Source: a virus (Duplodnaviria; Heunggongvirae; Uroviricota; Caudoviricetes). From it: a stretch of 30,556 nt of DNA. Location of the stretch: the IMG/VR virus record IMGVR_UViG_3300029886_000071, one strand, 5' to 3'. Numbering within the stretch: the first letter of the stretch is position 1; each line of letters starts with the position of its first letter. Positions 27,304 to 30,556 of this stretch are shown here, piece by piece. The notes beneath the pieces are model-generated. The model was not told the origin of the DNA and ran no database searches. It worked only from the letters and a program-made list of their open reading frames with translations. The translations under genes and the position numbers were made by a program.

Positions 27304-27326
27304 CCAGATGGCATAGCGCCATCTGG
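27304..27326 (-). terminator. Hairpin downstream of ybhB (putative ybhB terminator)
   Basis: CCAGATGGC-ATAGC-GCCATCTGG perfect 9-bp stem just 3' of the ybhB stop on the minus strand. Confidence 0.4.
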
Positions 27327-27334
27327 CAGAGTGA

Positions 27335-27811
27335 TTAACTAAACATCGCAGTAATCGAGGCGCTTGCCAGAGAATGGAAATGGACGTTAAACCCGACCAT
27401 CGCGCCGCTGGCACCTTCATCGACATCAATACGTTCTACATCCAGCGCGTGAACGGTAAAAATGTAGCGATGGGTTTCGCCTTTCGGCGGCGCTGCACCA
27501 TCGTACCCGGTTTTACCAAAGTCGGTACGCGTCTGCAAAACGCCGTCTGGCATTGCTACCAGACCAGAGCCAAACCCTTGCGGTAATACGCGGGTATCAG
27601 CGGGTAAATTAACAACTACCCAGTGCCACCAGCCGGAGCCGGTTGGCGCATCCGGGTCGTAGCAGGTGACAACAAAACTTTTCGTTCCCGCAGGAACATC
27701 ATCCCACGCCAGATGCGGTGAAACATTATCGCCATCGTAACCCATGCCGTTAAAGACATGACGATGTGGCAACTTATCGCCATCGCGCAGATCATTACTG
27801 ATGAGTTTCAT
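27335..27811 (-). CDS. ybhB: YbhB, PEBP-family (kinase inhibitor-like) protein
   Basis: 158-aa ORF matching E. coli YbhB as I recall it; chromosomal position next to bioA. Confidence 0.9.
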   Translation of the reverse strand: MKLISNDLRDGDKLPHRHVFNGMGYDGDNVSPHLAWDDVPAGTKSFVVTCYDPDAPTGSGWWHWVVVNLPADTRVLPQGFGSGLVAMPDGVLQTRTDFGKTGYDGAAPPKGETHRYIFTVHALDVERIDVDEGASGAMVGFNVHFHSLASASITAMFS

Positions 27812-27869
27812 GAACCCTCCTTTCTAGTTTGCAGAAAGTGTAGCCAGAAACCCTCACGCTGACTTCCCG

Positions 27870-29159
27870 TTATTGGCAAAAAAATGTTTCATCCTGCACC
27901 GCACGATTAACCGCTGCGGTCAGACGCTGCAACTGTTGCGGGAGAATAATATAGGGCGGCATCAGGTAAATCAGTTTGCCAAAAGGCCGGATCCAGACAC
28001 CCTGTTCGACAAAGAATTTTTGCAGCGCTGCCATATTCACCGGACGAGTGGTTTCGACCACGCCAATGGCCCCTAGCACGCGCACATCGGCAACCATTTT
28101 GGCATCACGGGCTGGTGCCAGTTGCTCGCGCAGTTGTACTTCAATAGCCACCACCTGCTGCTGCCAGTCGCCAGATTCGAGAATCGCCAGGCTGGCGTTT
28201 GCTGCCGCGCAGGCTAGCGGATTGCCCATAAAAGTTGGCCCATGCATAAAGCAACCGGCTTCGCCGTTACTGATGGTTTCCGCAACCTCGCGCGTGGTGA
28301 GTGTGGCGGAAAGGGTCATTGTACCGCCGGTTAAGGCTTTACCGAGGCACAAAATGTCCGGCGCGATATCTGCATGTTCACAGGCAAACAGTTTGCCAGT
28401 ACGACCAAATCCGGTGGCGATCTCGTCGGCAATCAGCAAGATACCTTCGCGATCGCACATTTTGCGGATTCGTTTTAACCATTCCGGATGGTAGATGCGC
28501 ATCCCGCCTGCGCCCTGGACAATCGGTTCAATGATCACCGCCGCGATTTCATGACGATGCGCCGCCATCAGGCGGGCAAAGCCCACCATATCGCGCTCAT
28601 CCCATTCACCATCCATGCGGCTTTGCGGGGCGGGAGCAAACAAGTTTTCTGGCAGATAGCCTTTCCACAGACTGTGCATTGAGTTATCCGGATCGCACAC
28701 CGACATCGCGCCAAAGGTATCGCCATGATAACCATTGCGGAAGGTCAGAAAACGCTGGCGCGCTTCGCCTTTGGCTTGCCAGTACTGCAACGCCATTTTC
28801 ATCGCCACTTCCACCGCTACGGAACCGGAGTCCGCGAGAAAAACGCATTCCAGCGGTTGCGGCGTCATTGCCACCAGTTTGCGGCACAGCTCAATGGCTG
28901 GCGCATGGGTGATACCGCCAAACATCACATGCGACATGGCATCAATTTGCGACTTCATCGCCGCATTAAGCTGCGGGTGATTGTAACCGTGGATCGCCGC
29001 CCACCAGGACGACATACCGTCAACCAGGCGTCTGCCGTCAGACAAAATTAGCTCGCAACCTTCGGCGCTCGCCACCGGATAAACCGGTAGCGGGGAGGTC
29101 ATGGATGTGTATGGGTGCCAGATATGGCGTTGGTCAAAGGCAAGATCGTCCGTTGTCAT
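27870..29159 (-). CDS. bioA: Adenosylmethionine-8-amino-7-oxononanoate aminotransferase
   Basis: ORF 27870..29270; conserved BioA begins [17 protein letters not shown] at the internal ATG, giving 429 aa; divergent from bioB. Confidence 0.95.
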   Translation of the reverse strand: MTTDDLAFDQRHIWHPYTSMTSPLPVYPVASAEGCELILSDGRRLVDGMSSWWAAIHGYNHPQLNAAMKSQIDAMSHVMFGGITHAPAIELCRKLVAMTPQPLECVFLADSGSVAVEVAMKMALQYWQAKGEARQRFLTFRNGYHGDTFGAMSVCDPDNSMHSLWKGYLPENLFAPAPQSRMDGEWDERDMVGFARLMAAHRHEIAAVIIEPIVQGAGGMRIYHPEWLKRIRKMCDREGILLIADEIATGFGRTGKLFACEHADIAPDILCLGKALTGGTMTLSATLTTREVAETISNGEAGCFMHGPTFMGNPLACAAANASLAILESGDWQQQVVAIEVQLREQLAPARDAKMVADVRVLGAIGVVETTRPVNMAALQKFFVEQGVWIRPFGKLIYLMPPYIILPQQLQRLTAAVNRAVQDETFFCQ

Positions 29160-29245
29160 AATCGACTTGTAAACCAAATTGAAAAGATTTAGGTTTACGA
29201 GTCTACACCGAATTAACAACAAAAAACACGTTTTGGAGAAGCCCC
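29160..29245. promoter_or_regulatory. bioA-bioB divergent promoter region with bio operator (BirA binding palindrome)
   Basis: CTTGTAAACCAAATTGAAAAGATTTAGGTTTACGAG imperfect palindrome between the divergent bioA and bioB starts. Confidence 0.7.
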
Positions 29246-30286
29246 ATGGCTCACCGCCCACGCTGGACATTGTCGCAAGTCACAGAATTATTTGAAAAAC
29301 CGTTGCTGGATCTGCTGTTTGAAGCGCAGCAGGTGCATCGTCAGCATTTCGATCCACGTCAGGTGCAGGTCAGCACTTTGCTGTCAATTAAGACCGGAGC
29401 TTGTCCGGAAGATTGCAAATACTGCCCGCAAAGCTCGCGCTACAAAACCGGGCTGGAAGCCGAGCGGTTGATGGAAGTTGAACAGGTGCTGGAGTCGGCG
29501 CGCAAAGCGAAAGCGGCAGGATCGACGCGCTTCTGCATGGGCGCGGCGTGGAAGAATCCCCACGAACGCGATATGCCCTACCTGGAACAAATGGTGCAGG
29601 GAGTAAAAGCGATGGGGCTGGAGGCGTGTATGACGCTGGGTACGTTGAGTGAATCTCAGGCGCAGCGCCTTGCGAATGCCGGGCTGGATTACTACAACCA
29701 CAACCTCGACACCTCGCCGGAGTTTTACGGCAATATCATCACCACACGCACTTATCAGGAACGCCTCGATACGCTGGAAAAAGTGCGCGATGCCGGGATC
29801 AAAGTCTGCTCAGGTGGCATTGTGGGTTTAGGCGAAACGGTAAAAGATCGCGCCGGATTATTACTGCAACTGGCAAACCTGCCGACGCCGCCGGAAAGCG
29901 TGCCAATCAACATGCTCGTGAAGGTGAAAGGTACTCCACTGGCAGATAACGATGATGTCGATGCCTTTGATTTTATTCGCACCATTGCCGTAGCGCGGAT
30001 CATGATGCCGACCTCTTACGTGCGCCTTTCTGCCGGACGCGAGCAGATGAACGAACAGACTCAGGCGATGTGCTTTATGGCCGGGGCTAACTCGATTTTC
30101 TACGGTTGCAAACTGCTAACCACGCCGAATCCGGAAGAAGATAAAGACCTGCAACTGTTCCGCAAACTGGGGCTAAATCCACAGCAAACTGCCGTGCTGG
30201 CAGGGGATAACGAACAACAGCAGCGTCTGGAGCAGGCACTGATGACCCCGGACACTGACGAATATTACAACGCGGCAGCACTATGA
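29246..30286 (+). CDS. bioB: Biotin synthase
   Basis: 346-aa ORF; radical-SAM motif CPEDCKYC; sequence matches E. coli BioB. Confidence 0.95.
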   Translation: MAHRPRWTLSQVTELFEKPLLDLLFEAQQVHRQHFDPRQVQVSTLLSIKTGACPEDCKYCPQSSRYKTGLEAERLMEVEQVLESARKAKAAGSTRFCMGAAWKNPHERDMPYLEQMVQGVKAMGLEACMTLGTLSESQAQRLANAGLDYYNHNLDTSPEFYGNIITTRTYQERLDTLEKVRDAGIKVCSGGIVGLGETVKDRAGLLLQLANLPTPPESVPINMLVKVKGTPLADNDDVDAFDFIRTIAVARIMMPTSYVRLSAGREQMNEQTQAMCFMAGANSIFYGCKLLTTPNPEEDKDLQLFRKLGLNPQQTAVLAGDNEQQQRLEQALMTPDTDEYYNAAAL

Positions 30287-30556
30287 GCTGGCAGGAGAAA
30301 ATCAACGCGGCGCTCGATGCGCGGCGTGCTGCCGATGCCCTGCGTCGCCGTTATCCGGTGGCGCAAGGAGCCGGACGCTGGCTGGTGGTGGATGATCGCC
30401 AGTATCTGAACTTTTCCAGTAACGATTATTTAGGTTTAAGCCATCATCCGCAAATTATCCGTGCCTGGAAGCAGGGTGCGGAGCAATTTGGCATCGGTAG
30501 CGGCGGCTCCGGTCACGTCAGCGGTTATAGCGTGGCGCATCAGGCGCTGGAAGAAG
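30283..30556 (+). CDS. bioF: 8-amino-7-oxononanoate synthase, 3'-truncated by the window end
   Basis: ATG at 30283 overlapping the bioB stop; translation [26 protein letters not shown]... matches BioF; open to the window end. Confidence 0.9.
   Translation, partial: MSWQEKINAALDARRAADALRRRYPVAQGAGRWLVVDDRQYLNFSSNDYLGLSHHPQIIRAWKQGAEQFGIGSGGSGHVSGYSVAHQALEE

Noticed and set aside
27241-27429. 62-aa minus-strand ORF spanning the att core and B' arm and the ybhB 3' end
   Set aside because: Overlaps the ybhB C-terminus and the attachment site, has no RBS, and is best explained as a chance frame.
1-30556. CRISPR arrays, tRNA or rRNA genes
   Set aside because: No regularly spaced direct repeats with unique spacers and no tRNA-like cloverleaf candidates were seen; the integration site is the non-tRNA attB-lambda.

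Overview
The window is the right arm of a lambda-like integrated prophage (about 1..27244) ending at a lambda-type attR, followed by E. coli host genes ybhB, bioA, bioB and the start of bioF. This is the classical attB-lambda position and the lambda prophage order (Q, lysis, packaging, head, tail, b-region, attR, bio). The phage is a mosaic: a lambdoid late-control and lysis module (DUF968-like protein, Q-like antiterminator, S-like holin, R-like endolysin, Rz/Rz1), an HK97-type packaging and head module, a Mu-like contractile tail and baseplate module, and a gtrA-gtrB-gtrC-like O-antigen glucosylation cassette next to attR. The most interesting element is an AT-rich, tightly coupled two-gene operon on the minus strand (703..3095) in the Q-holin moron slot. 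It encodes a zinc-ribbon protein with an apparent NdpA/YejK-like nucleoid-associated domain and a protein with C-terminal hydrophobic helices; I do not recognise the pair as a named system and propose it as a candidate defence or exclusion module. Other points: a small zinc-ribbon gene between lysis and packaging genes, a frameshift-interrupted glycine-rich tail fibre gene, a T_TTT_TTC slippery site in the tail chaperone, and an inverted tfa remnant. All calls come from reading the sequence and ORF translations; protein similarities are recalled, not searched, and coordinates of short motifs may be off by a few bases.
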